Shown here: one piece after another, positions 11,901-23,059 of the stretch
How the letters are laid out: each line of letters starts with the position of its first letter
Numbering within the stretch: the stretch's first letter is position 1
Source: Amphiscolops sp. MND2022
Taxonomy: Eukaryota
Length of the DNA stretch: 64,000 bases
Direction: 5' to 3'
Assembly: GCA_964187785.1 (NCBI GenBank)
Contig: OZ076409.1
Coordinates: 28,956,001-29,020,000, forward strand
Program-made: the position numbers and the translations under genes
Notes under the pieces: generated by a model
Database searches by the model: none
Told to the model about the DNA's origin: nothing
What the model saw: only the letters and a program-made list of their open reading frames with translations

Positions 11901-14900
11901 ACAAGATCTAAAATCACGGAAAAACCACTTAAATGAGATATAAAATCACTGATACAAAGCACTGGAATAAGATCTAAAATCACCGGAAAAACCACTGGAA
12001 TAAGTCTGAAATTACCGGAAAACCACTGGAACAAGATCTAAAATTACGGAAAAATCACTGAGAAAAAGCACTGGAATAAGATCTAAAATCACCGGAAAAA
12101 CCACTGGAATAAGTCTGAAATTACCGGAAAACCACTGGAACAAGATCTAAAATTACGGAAAAATCACTGAATTGAGATATAAAATCACTGATAAAAAGCA
12201 CTGAAATGAGATATAAAATCACTGATACAAAGCACTGGAATAAGATCTAAAATCACCGGAAAAACCACTGGAATAAGTCTGAAATTACCGGAAAACCACT
12301 GGAACAAGATCTAAAATTACGGAAAAATCACTGAAATGAGAGATAAAATCACTGAGAAAAAGCACTGGAATAAGATCTAAAATCACCGGAAAAACCTTTG
12401 GAATAAGTCTGAAATTCCGAAAAACCACTGAAATGAGATATAAAATCACTGATAAAAAGCACTGAAAGGAGATATGAAATCACTGATAAAAAGCACTGGA
12501 ATAAGATCTAAAATTACCGGAAAAACCACTGGAATAAGTCTAAAATTACCGGAAAACCACTGGAACAAGATCTAAAATTACGGAAAAATCACTGAAATGA
12601 GATATAAAATCACTGAGAAAAAGCACTGGAATAAGATCTAAAATCACCGGAAAAACCACTGGAATAAGTCTGAAATTAGCGGAAAACCACTGGAACAAGA
12701 TCTAAAATACGGAAAAATCACTGAAATGAGATATAAAATCACTGATAAAAACCACTGAAAGGAGATATGAAATCACTGATAAAAAGCACTGGAATAAGAT
12801 CTAAAATTACCGGAAAAACCACTGGAATAAGTCTAAAATTACCGGAAAACCACTTGAACAAGATCTAAAATTACGGAAAAACCACTTAAATGAGATATAA
12901 AATCACTGATACAAAGCACTGGAATAAGATCTAAAATCACCGGAAAAACCACTGGAATAAGTCTGAAATTACCGGAAAACCACTGGAACAAGATCTAAAA
13001 TTACGAAAAAATCACTGAAATGAGATATAAAATCACTGAGAAAAAGCACTGGAATAAGATCTAAAATCACCGGAAAAACCACTGGAATAAGTCTGAAATT
13101 ACCGGAAAACCACTGGAACAAGATCTAAAATTACGGAAAAATCACTGAAATGAGATATAAAATCACTGATAAAAAGCACTGAAATGAGATATAAAATCAC
13201 TGATACAAAGCACTGGAATAAGATCTAAAATCACCGGAAAAACCACTGGAATAAGTCTGAAATTACCGGAAAACCACTGGAACAAGATCTAAAATTACGG
13301 AAAAATCACTGAAATGAGATATAAAATCACTGAGAAAAAGCACTGGAATAAGATCTAAAATCACCGGAAAAACCTTTGGAATAAGTCTGAATTTACCGGA
13401 AAACCACTGGAACAAGATCTAAAATACGGAAAAATCACTGAAACGAGATATAAAATCACTGATAAAAACCACTGAAAGGAGATATGAAATCACTGATAAA
13501 AAGCACTGGAATAAGATCTAAAATTACCGGAAAAACCACTGGAATAAGTCTAAAATTACCGGAAAACCACTTGAACAAGATCTAAAATTACGGAAAAACC
13601 ACTTAAATGAGATATAAAATCACTGATACAAAGCACTGGAATAAGATCTAAAATCACCGGAAAAACCACTGGAATAAGTCTGAAATTAGCGGAAAACCAC
13701 TGGAACAAGATCTAAAATACGGAAAAATCACTGAAATGAGATATAAAATCACTGATAAAAACCACTGAAAGGAGATATGAAATCACTGATAAAAAGCACT
13801 GGAATAAGATCTAAAATTACCGGAAAAACCACTGGAATAAGTCTAAAATTACCGGAAAACCACTTGAACAAGATCTAAAATTACGGAAAAACCACTTAAA
13901 TGAGATATAAAATCACTGATACAAAGCACTGGAATAAGATCTAAAATCACCGGAAAAACCACTGGAATAAGTCTGAAATTACCGGAAAACCACTGGAACA
14001 AGATCTAAAATTACGGAAAAATCACTGAAATGAGATATAAAATCACTGAGAAAAAGCACTGGAATAAGATCTAAAATCACCGGAAAAACCACTGGAATAA
14101 GTCTGAAATTACCGGAAAACCACTGGAACAAGATCTAAAATTACGGAAAAATCACTGAAATGAGATACAGTGGAATCCGGCTAATTTGTATCGCTAGCGA
14201 CGGAATAAAATGGTACGAATAGTGAGAAATACGAATTAACCGGATGATGTTACTTTGGTCGTCCCGAAATAGGGATCTCAGATGCGTACGAATTAAACGA
14301 AGATCCGAATTATCCGGGTACGAATTAACCGGATTTGACTGTATAAAATCACTGATAAAAAGCACTGGAATAAGATCTAAAATCACCGGAAAAACCACTG
14401 GAATAAGTCTAAAATTCCGAAAAACCACTGAAATGAGATATAAAATCACTGATAAAAAGCACTGAAATGAGATATGAAATCACTGAGAAAAAGCACTGGA
14501 ATAAGATCTAAAATCACCGGAAAAACCTTTGGAATAAGTCTGAAATTACCGGAAAACCACTGGAACAAGATCTAAAATACGGAAAAATCACTGAAACGAG
14601 ATATAAAATCACTGATAAAAACCACTGAAAGGAGATATGAAATCACTGATAAAAAGCACTGGAATAAGATCTAAAATTACCGGAAAAACCACTGGAATAA
14701 GTCTAAAATTACCGGAAAACCACTGGAATAAGATCTAAAATTACCGGAAAAACCACTGGAATAAGTCTAAAATTACCGGAAAACCACTTGAACAAGATCT
14801 AAAATTACGGAAAAACCACTTAAATGAGATATAAAATCACTGATACAAAGCACTGGAATAAGATCTAAAATCACCGGAAAAACCACTGGAATAAGTCTGA

Positions 14901-16332
14901 AATTACCGGAAAACCACTGGAACAAGATCTAAAATTACGAAAAAATCACTGAAATGAGATATAAAATCACTGAGAAAAAGCACTGGAATAAGATCTAAAA
15001 TCACCGGAAAAACCACTGGAATAAGTCTGAAATTACCGGAAAACCACTGGAACAAGATCTAAAATTACGGAAAAATCACTGAAATGAGATATAAAATCAC
15101 TGATAAAAAGCACTGAAATGAGATATAAAATCACTGATACAAAGCACTGGAATAAGATCTAAAATCACCGGAAAAACCACTGGAATAAGTCTGAAATTAC
15201 CGGAAAACCACTGGAACAAGATCTAAAATTACGGAAAAATCACTGAAATGAGATATAAAATCACTGAGAAAAAGCACTGGAATAAGATCTAAAATCACCG
15301 GAAAAACCTTTGGAATAAGTCTGAATTTACCGGAAAACCACTGGAACAAGATCTAAAATACGGAAAAATCACTGAAACGAGATATAAAATCACTGATAAA
15401 AACCACTGAAAGGAGATATGAAATCACTGATAAAAAGCACTGGAATAAGATCTAAAATTACCGGAAAAACCACTGGAATAAGTCTAAAATTACCGGAAAA
15501 CCACTTGAACAAGATCTAAAATTACGGAAAAACCACTTAAATGAGATATAAAATCACTGATACAAAGCACTGGAATAAGATCTAAAATCACCGGAAAAAC
15601 CACTGGAATAAGTCTGAAATTAGCGGAAAACCACTGGAACAAGATCTAAAATACGGAAAAATCACTGAAATGAGATATAAAATCACTGATAAAAACCACT
15701 GAAAGGAGATATGAAATCACTGATAAAAAGCACTGGAATAAGATCTAAAATTACCGGAAAAACCACTGGAATAAGTCTAAAATTACCGGAAAACCACTTG
15801 AACAAGATCTAAAATTACGGAAAAACCACTTAAATGAGATATAAAATCACTGATACAAAGCACTGGAATAAGATCTAAAATCACCGGAAAAACCACTGGA
15901 ATAAGTCTGAAATTACCGGAAAACCACTGGAACAAGATCTAAAATTACGGAAAAATCACTGAAATGAGATATAAAATCACTGAGAAAAAGCACTGGAATA
16001 AGATCTAAAATCACCGGAAAAACCACTGGAATAAGTCTGAAATTACCGGAAAACCACTGGAACAAGATCTAAAATTACGGAAAAATCACTGAAATGAGAT
16101 ATAAAATCACTGATAAAAAGCACTGGAATAAGATCTAAAATCACCGGAAAAACCACTGGAATAAGTCTAAAATTCCGAAAAACCACTGAAATGAGATATA
16201 AAATCACTGATAAAAAGCACTGAAATGAGATATGAAATCACTGATAAAAAGCACTGGAATAAGATCTAAAATTGCCGAAAAACCACTGGAATAAGTCTAA
16301 AATTACCCAAAAAACCACTGGAACAAGATCTA
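8971..16332 (+). repeat. 7.4 kb minisatellite array of 32-34 bp monomers in 4-mer (130 bp) and 5-mer (~164 bp) higher-order units
   Basis: Monomers include aaatcactgataaaaagcactggaataagatcta, aaatcaccggaaaaaccactggaataagtcta, aaattaccggaaaaccactggaacaagatcta and aaattacggaaaaatcactgaaatgagatata. The unit start recurs at 8971 and 9101. Confidence 0.98.
14168..14341. mobile_element. 174 bp Tc1/mariner(pogo)-type MITE inserted in the minisatellite
   Basis: TA|cagtggaatccggctaatttgta ... tacgaattaaccggatttgactg|TA (23 bp TIR, 4 mismatches). Removing it restores the monomer tgagatataaaatc. Confidence 0.93.
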
Positions 16333-18392
16333 ATTTTTTCCAGTATAACCAGTGGAAAATGTTTTTCGGACACGATCTGGAACTGTAAACAGGGTCTACA
16401 GAAACTTCAGAACCGGTCCTGATAATTTTCCCATTCTGTTTGGCTTTGATGCGTCTAAAGGTATTTCGTGTAGTGAATCTTCAGTTGCTAGAAATTTTGA
16501 ACGAAATTTTCATTTTCGAATTTTCCTCCGATGGTCCACCGGAGTTTCTATTTTCTTTGAGCCAGAACCTTTGAAGAAAGATTACACCTGCTTTGCAAGG
16601 ATTGAATAAGATGTGTTTTAGCTACGGCATTTTTCTCTTGGACAGAAGCCGCGATTACCGTCGAAAGTTGTATGAAAAAAGTCCTTTTGCTCTGTGGCTG
16701 TATTATCAGTTTCGGTTAGCCGTCAACCTTAAATATGAAAAAGGAGTGCACAGAGATTTGGAGGCTTGGGGTCTCACGGAAGCAGAACAGAATTACCTCT
16801 TGTTACTCTGGAAACGATGATACCATTTCTTCCACTGCCAGTCTAGATCATGAGTCTAGATGAAAATGTCAATCGATGGTTGATTGGAGTTGTCATCGCT
16901 ATCAGACCACGTTGCCGTTCCGTGATGAATACCTTTCCTTAAATTCGAAGCTTCGGTGTGAACTCAACATGACAGCTCCGAAAACCTATCATAAACTAGA
17001 TGAGTTTACAAATTATGAGTTGAATTTTTAACAGCGAAGGTCTTTTTCAAGCAAATAGTTGTAATGTTTATCAGTAGCCGCCGTCGAATTATCATTTATC
17101 TGATGGTGATGAAGGTGACGGATGTGTCTTTGCAAATGTATAGTAGTTGCGTCTGCTGCGCAGTGATGCAATTTCGTTGTAGATGCCACTTTTTAGACTG
17201 CTGACATGTTTGAAAACTATTTTGATTCATCTCAATGAGCAAATACACAAAACATGCTGAATCAGTGTCAGCAATTAGAACAATTTGATGATCTGTGTGT
17301 AAATTTCTTGAAATTGTGGTGTCTTGGCGTGGAACAGGTCTTGTTTGGTTTGATGCCTTCAAACATTATCATGGAGTTCCAAGGTAACATACCAGATGTT
17401 AATCAAGTTTTAAATGAAGATTCAAGTAACCTTTTTCAGAATTTCGAAAATTCAGAACATTTTTGAAACTAGTTGAATAAGTAGGTCTTCTTACAGTTTT
17501 ACGTATATTTCTGACTTCAAAGCATTTTTTGAAATTTCAGAGCTTTTTGAGAGGTAAACTTTCTCTTTGACACATACGAGGAGGTCATAGCTAATTGTTT
17601 CTTTGATAGTTTCTAAAGACTTTATTTGACATGGTGAAAAAACGTCCTATAAATTTTGATACCTCATAAATGTTGGAAAAACCCCCTTTCAAATTGGTTT
17701 TATATACATTTTTCCATAGAAGAATCCCACCCGAAATAATTCATCTATTTTCTCAATGAAACTCTTATAACCTATCTTGTTACATGCAATGCACTCCTTA
17801 TAGGCACCAAATGGCGTGTGCTTTTTCCAGTTTTGAACCATTTCGAAGTTGAGGCAGTTCAAATCATTAGACATTACAAGGGATCTCAGAGAAAAACAGG
17901 TTGAAAAATCCAAAAATTTTTGAACTTGTGAAGTTACATGGGTCGTAGAATTTGCAAACCAACATTTATGTAAACTAACTAATAATTCTTAAAAACTATT
18001 GTAGCTAACAATTTCTTGTATTTGTGACCATTTTGAAGATATTTCGATTTGAGTTTGCTTTTTGAAGCAATTATTTAGAACGCTACTGTACTATTAGCAC
18101 GCAATATTATTTGTGACAAGCTAACTCCGAAAAGTAGTTCACAAGTAGTCGTTGGAGTATGAATATTTGATGCCCGATGATGCAAAGTCATCTAACAGCC
18201 ATTCTCTCTTTTACTTGGAGCTCTGAAGTGGTCTCACAATTGGGCTCTTACCCTTTGGATGTTGAAAAAAAATTCACTTGTTGACCAATTTCCCAACCCA
18301 AGCAATGTTCTCTTTCGTGCTGTTTCGTCGAATAATTCGTGGTCAACGATCATATCATATGAATTTTCATCTTTGTTCATCAAAGTTTCCAA

Positions 18393-19140
18393 TCACCGGA
18401 GAGAGCCATTTTCTTGAATGAAATCTTGACTTGTCATTTTTTTGTGTTGAGTGACTGAGGTTGTTGAAGCTAGAAATATGTGTAGTATGAGTAATTGTTT
18501 CACGAAGCTACGCTGACCAGCAAAATCTTGAACAATGGAAACAGATAAAATCCTTCTGCCGGCATAAATTCTGAATTCTTGGGGGCATCGAATTAATCTT
18601 TTCACAAATTCTTGAGGAATGGACTCCCAAGCATCAAGAATAGCCCTGACCAATTCCATCAAATTATTGGGGCGACAGGATCGAACTGTCTTTTTGTAGC
18701 ATCCCACATATGCTCAATGCGATTAAGATCAGGAGAAAGGGCCGGCCATGGTAGATAGAAGACTCCATCTGACGAGAAAACTTCTGTGGTGAGCGAGCTG
18801 TATGGCATCGTGCATTGTCGTGTTGCAAAAGTTAAGCTTCTGGAAACGGTTGAAAGAAATCCAAAATTTCGGCTCGTAAGACTTGTATGATATAGCAATC
18901 TGCTGAAACGGAATTAACAGAACAAGCTTAGTGTTGGGATATGCCGATATGCCTCCCCATACCATCAGAGGTTGTGAACTGAACTGATCGGCGGAAAATC
19001 TGTTGGAGCGTTTCCACACTCGCAATCACTATCACTGTGCAAGCCAATTTTGCAATCGTCAGTCCTGAAGTTTGGACCATTTTTCTGGTTTTCATGACTT
19101 GTAATTTCGGCAAAAAATCAAGCGGCCTCGGCAATGTCTA
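18393..19140 (-). pseudogene. Tc1-like DDE transposase remnant
   Basis: Frameshifted peptides LMVWGGISAY, LPWPALSPDLNRIEHMWD and ELVRAILDAWESIPQEFVKRLI are hallmark Tc1 motifs. Confidence 0.9.
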
Positions 19141-19175
19141 GGAATCAAAATTGGTTCTGCAAGCCACTCCTTTTT

Positions 19176-19427
19176 AAAACAAAAAAAATTTGGTCAAGGG
19201 CGGGACTCGAACCCATGTCCTTCCGCTTGGCAGACCTCAAAAAGCCGTAACCTCTATGCCAGTGTGGTTTAGTGTTAGTGCCAGACAGTGTTAGTGCCAG
19301 ACAATGTTAGTGCCAGACAGCAGTGTTAGTGCTTACTTATAAAATTTATAAGATCTGTCAGTTCGTTGGTCTTAAAAAAAGTCACTACTATAGTCTGCGT
19401 TTTTCTTCGAAAAGCGCCGACTAAAAA
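19176..19427 (-). mobile_element. HINE-like 5' fragment carrying a tRNA-like module
   Basis: The minus strand starts tttttagtcggcgcttttcgaagaaaaacgcagacta. It then has three 15-18 bp repeats, an A-box tggcatagagg, a B-box ggttcgagtcc, ...gacca and a T-run. Confidence 0.75.
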
Positions 19428-21070
19428 TTCGTCGACATGTTTTCTTCGAAGTTCTGCCTGTCACTGCTGCATAAAGTAAGGGATTCGAGCAATGTTTCCA
19501 AGTTATCAACCGTTTTTCTCGTGGCGTAACGGTTTGAAGTCTTCCCTATCTTTTAATTGTAAGAAGACAGCCACAGAATGAAGAAATAAAGGAAAAGCCT
19601 TCTCCGGGAATTGACATTCCAATTGCAATTGAACGTTCATCTTGAGAAAGAGTGTCCATTTTTCTGCAGATATTTTTTCAAAAGTTGGAACAAATGCAAT
19701 GTTTAAAAATGTTTTCGCACCACTTCCCGTCAGTTCATCTTCTGATTTCAATCTTAATTTCATTTTCTGATATTTTACGTTTGTTGGTCAGTGAAATTTC
19801 GTCGTGTCGTTACTATTGGGCTCGTGTCTTCCGAGTGGAAATCCATTTGTTGAACATCTTTTATACCCAAGCTTCCTTCAATACTTACTGAAGCAACTTC
19901 TTATCTGAAGAAACTCGAGAAAAGAACCCTGAGAAAAAGGGAAGTAAGTGTATGAAAACTTTGTGCAGAAAATAGAGCGTTAGAAGTGAGAACTGCATAT
20001 AAATTTTTTTGCTGCAGAAAGAATTTATTCACTCTCATTTTGAACTACTGCTCTAATGCTGAAAAGAAATGTTTCACTGCAATTGAAATCTCGGCACTGA
20101 TGACATCGATACGGCTTTCTGAAGACCTTGTTAGTTTTAGCGTTTCCAAATACCTTTAGATACTAAAATTTTGTGATAGTGTTTTTCGTGCGAACTTTCA
20201 CGAGAACCAAGACTAGCCACTATGCACTGTCTTCAATACCCATGCATATGCATATGTTTCAATACCCACGATTTCCCTGCTAAAAATTGTCTCAAAATCT
20301 GTAGGCGTTATTGCATATCTGCGTTGGTCTGAGACAAATTCAACCCGAATAAAGGCAGTATTGTGAATTTTTTGTTTTTTAACAGGATTTTTTAAAGGAA
20401 AAAAGTTTTTTTGTTTATTAAGGATCATTTAAATCATTGCATAAGTATTCAACGCAAATCAAAACAGTATTAACGATCAAAATTGCAATTCGCTAGTACA
20501 TAAACATTAGAGTCTAATCTCAATATTATTTATAAGAATCGATTTTCCGTAAAGTATTAAGCCCTTGAAAATGCACTGTGATGTTTATGATAAAATACTG
20601 TAACTTGAACATTCTGAATACTAGCAGTAAATTTTGAAAAAAAAGATCGAGTTGGGGCAGATGCTAAATCTTCCACGCTCTCATCTCTATCGTCCGAGGT
20701 TCAATTCTCTTGGTACAGTTTCTTTTTATTTAAACTATTACAATTCATTTAAATGATTGTTCCTTTAGATGAATCGCTTTTGAAGGTTGGAAATTTATTT
20801 GATCATTTAAATGATCCTTTATATTACCTTTAATTGTACAACACTGATTAAAGAAGCGGTCAATCTTGTGGAAAGTTGGTTTGATAAATTTGAGGCACTG
20901 ATGAGATTGACTCGACTAGTATTTTCATGAAGATTTTGAAAACATTCGATATGTTTGTTCTCGGGAGTACGATTTTTTGGCTCTTGATGATTTCCACAAT
21001 GACTATCAGATTCTGGATGTGCAATGATGGATGCATTTTCTGCGATTTAGTTACCTAAATCCTCTGCTCA

Positions 21071-21698
21071 TTTTTAGTCGGCGCTTTTCCATTAAGGGAA
21101 AATGCCCGACTATAGCAGTGACTGTTTTTTTCTTCAGACTACAATCCTCACACTGATCGGTCCACTTTTTAGAAACAATCCTGAAACCACCTAAGGCGCC
21201 CAGTCCGGCAAAGGGGCCAAGGCAAACTTAGTGCAAAGGGTCCCCCCTTTCATTTTTTACTTTTTCAAGGTAACCTACGAAACCGGACGGGACTAAAGAG
21301 TCCCCCCTTTCGATTGTTTTTTTTCGGCACTGTGCGACTTTTTTTTCGAAAATTTTTTGTCTCCAAAGGGTCCCCCTTCCATTTTTACTTTTTACACGTA
21401 ACCTACGAAACCGGCCGAGGCTAAAGGGTCCCCCCTTTTGATTTTTTTCGGCACTGTGCGACTTTTTTCGAAAATTTTTTAATGTCCCCAAAGGGTCCCC
21501 CCTTTGAGTTTTTTGTTATTTTGCAACAGACTGCATGTTTGAAAATCAAAAAGGGTCCCATCTTTTACATTTTTCGGCACTGTACGACATTTTGCGAAAG
21601 CAAAATTTTTTCGAAAATTTCAAGTTTTTTCCAAAAAAAATGTTTTGCGCTTTTTGAGCCTTAGATATAGCGCCGACTTTAGACGTTCCCGTCTTGTT
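21071..21698 (+). mobile_element. Complete HINE/DINE-1-like non-autonomous Helentron
   Basis: 5' agtcggcgc with adjacent partial inverse gcccgact; internal tandem gggtccccc/ttttcggcactgtgcgac units; 3' subTIR gcgccgact then hairpin agacg-ttcc-cgtct. T-rich flanks, no TSD. Confidence 0.85.
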
Positions 21699-22107
21699 AT
21701 TATTTCTGCGATAGCAGGAATATTATTGAAATCTCAAGATATCTACTTTTTGCAGTAAAATTCTTCGCACGATTACTGAATAATTCAGATATTTTGTTCG
21801 GCAGTGACTATAAGCGTGAGAATTAAATTTTTCAAGCTGTCAGCTACATTTCAATGCTCGTGCGATGGAACGAGCGAGTGGTAATTATGCATTCATACGC
21901 TGACGTCATTGAGATGAAGCGAGCCAATGTTCGTAATTATGCGTTAATTATTCGTTCGTTGAGAGCTTCGCCTGCATTCAAATGCGAATGCGAAACTTCG
22001 TCTACGCTTAGTAGTTATATTTTCTTTAGTCCGAGAAGAATTGAAGGCGGTGTAAACTTGGATTACGTACCAAATAACATAAGAGCAAATAACATAATAA
22101 TGAAATT

Positions 22108-22188
22108 AGTTTCAAATAACATAAAAATGAAACCGAGTATCCGGTTACTAACCGGATATTCGGTTTCATTTTTATGTTATTTGAAACT
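22108..22188. repeat. 81 bp near-perfect palindrome
   Basis: agtttcaaataacataaaaatgaaaccgagtatccggtta-c-taaccggatattcggtttcatttttatgttatttgaaact, with a single G-T mismatch. Confidence 0.95.
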
Positions 22189-22193
22189 TAGGT

Positions 22194-22610
22194 CTTATTT
22201 TCAGTGGTTGCAAAAATTTCTGAGGGGTGGCTTATTTTCGGGGTAGGGCTTATTATCAGTAAACAATCGAACTCACGAATTCTTATTTGTCATACTTTTT
22301 CCAGTGAATTTTTTGAATTGTAAATTCTCGTAAACATTCTCGTAAACAAACTCCAGTAAAACATTCTCGAAAATAATTTTTATGTTTAGTGAAATTATAT
22401 TCATATTTATGTTATTTGGGAATTCACTGTAAACTTGTATAGTGATTAATTGTGCGCTAAATAATGATTAGATAGGAGTGTATTGGTATTCCAGATAGGA
22501 TTCTTCCGTGTTTACCCGATAATAAGCCCTACCCCGAAAATAAGCCACCCCCCAGAAATTTTTGCAACCATTGAAAATAAGCCCTACCCCTGAAATTAAG
22601 CCACCCCATA
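22194..22610. mobile_element. Two outward-facing terminal fragments of a pogo/Tigger-like element forming an inverted repeat
   Basis: 22194-22270 is the reverse complement of 22506-22582 (ccgtgtttacccgataataagccctaccccgaaaataagcc...). Confidence 0.65.
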
Positions 22611-22825
22611 AATGAACCAACGAGTCGTACTGCTTGATTGGTTTCATGAGAATAGATTAGCGTTCTTGCGCGTGTGAACAATCAATTCGCATTTTGTCAA
22701 AGAGATATGAGTGGAGTTTAATTAATCTGTGTTGCGTTTTTTTTCCAAATTCTGCCATCGACCTCACCTAGAATTACTTGACTATTTTACTTACTTGGCT
22801 ATTCTAGTTACTTAGTAAAATCTTG

Positions 22826-22942
22826 TCACCATGGCACAGTGTTAGTGCGTCTGCCTGGCAGACTAGGTCGTGGGTTCGAACCCGGACTGATGCGTTACAT
22901 TTTAAGCGGAGAATATCCCGGTGCTTAGCGGGCGTCTTGTTA
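22826..22942 (+). mobile_element. tRNA-derived segment followed by a HINE-like 3' end
   Basis: A-box tggcacagtg and B-box ggttcgaacc. Ends gcttagcgggcgtcttgtt; a close inverse of that end occurs at 57226-57245. Confidence 0.55.
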
Positions 22943-23059
22943 TTCCTAAATGTTTCTCCAATCACGAAATTAGTATAAATTGTGAACGATAGTAGCTGTT
23001 GTTGGAGGGTAGTTCCCGTATTTCCAGTTTCAGAATTTTTGTATCTAATATGTTTAGCA

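Noticed and set aside
8971..16332. CRISPR array
   Set aside because: The 32-34 bp units are contiguous related monomers without unique spacers. The context is eukaryotic and no cas genes are present.
19190..19266. Functional tRNA genes (also 22826, 34653, 45225, 55213)
   Set aside because: A/B boxes are present, but I could not fold intact acceptor and D stems, and all lie within repeats. Treated as tRNA-derived.
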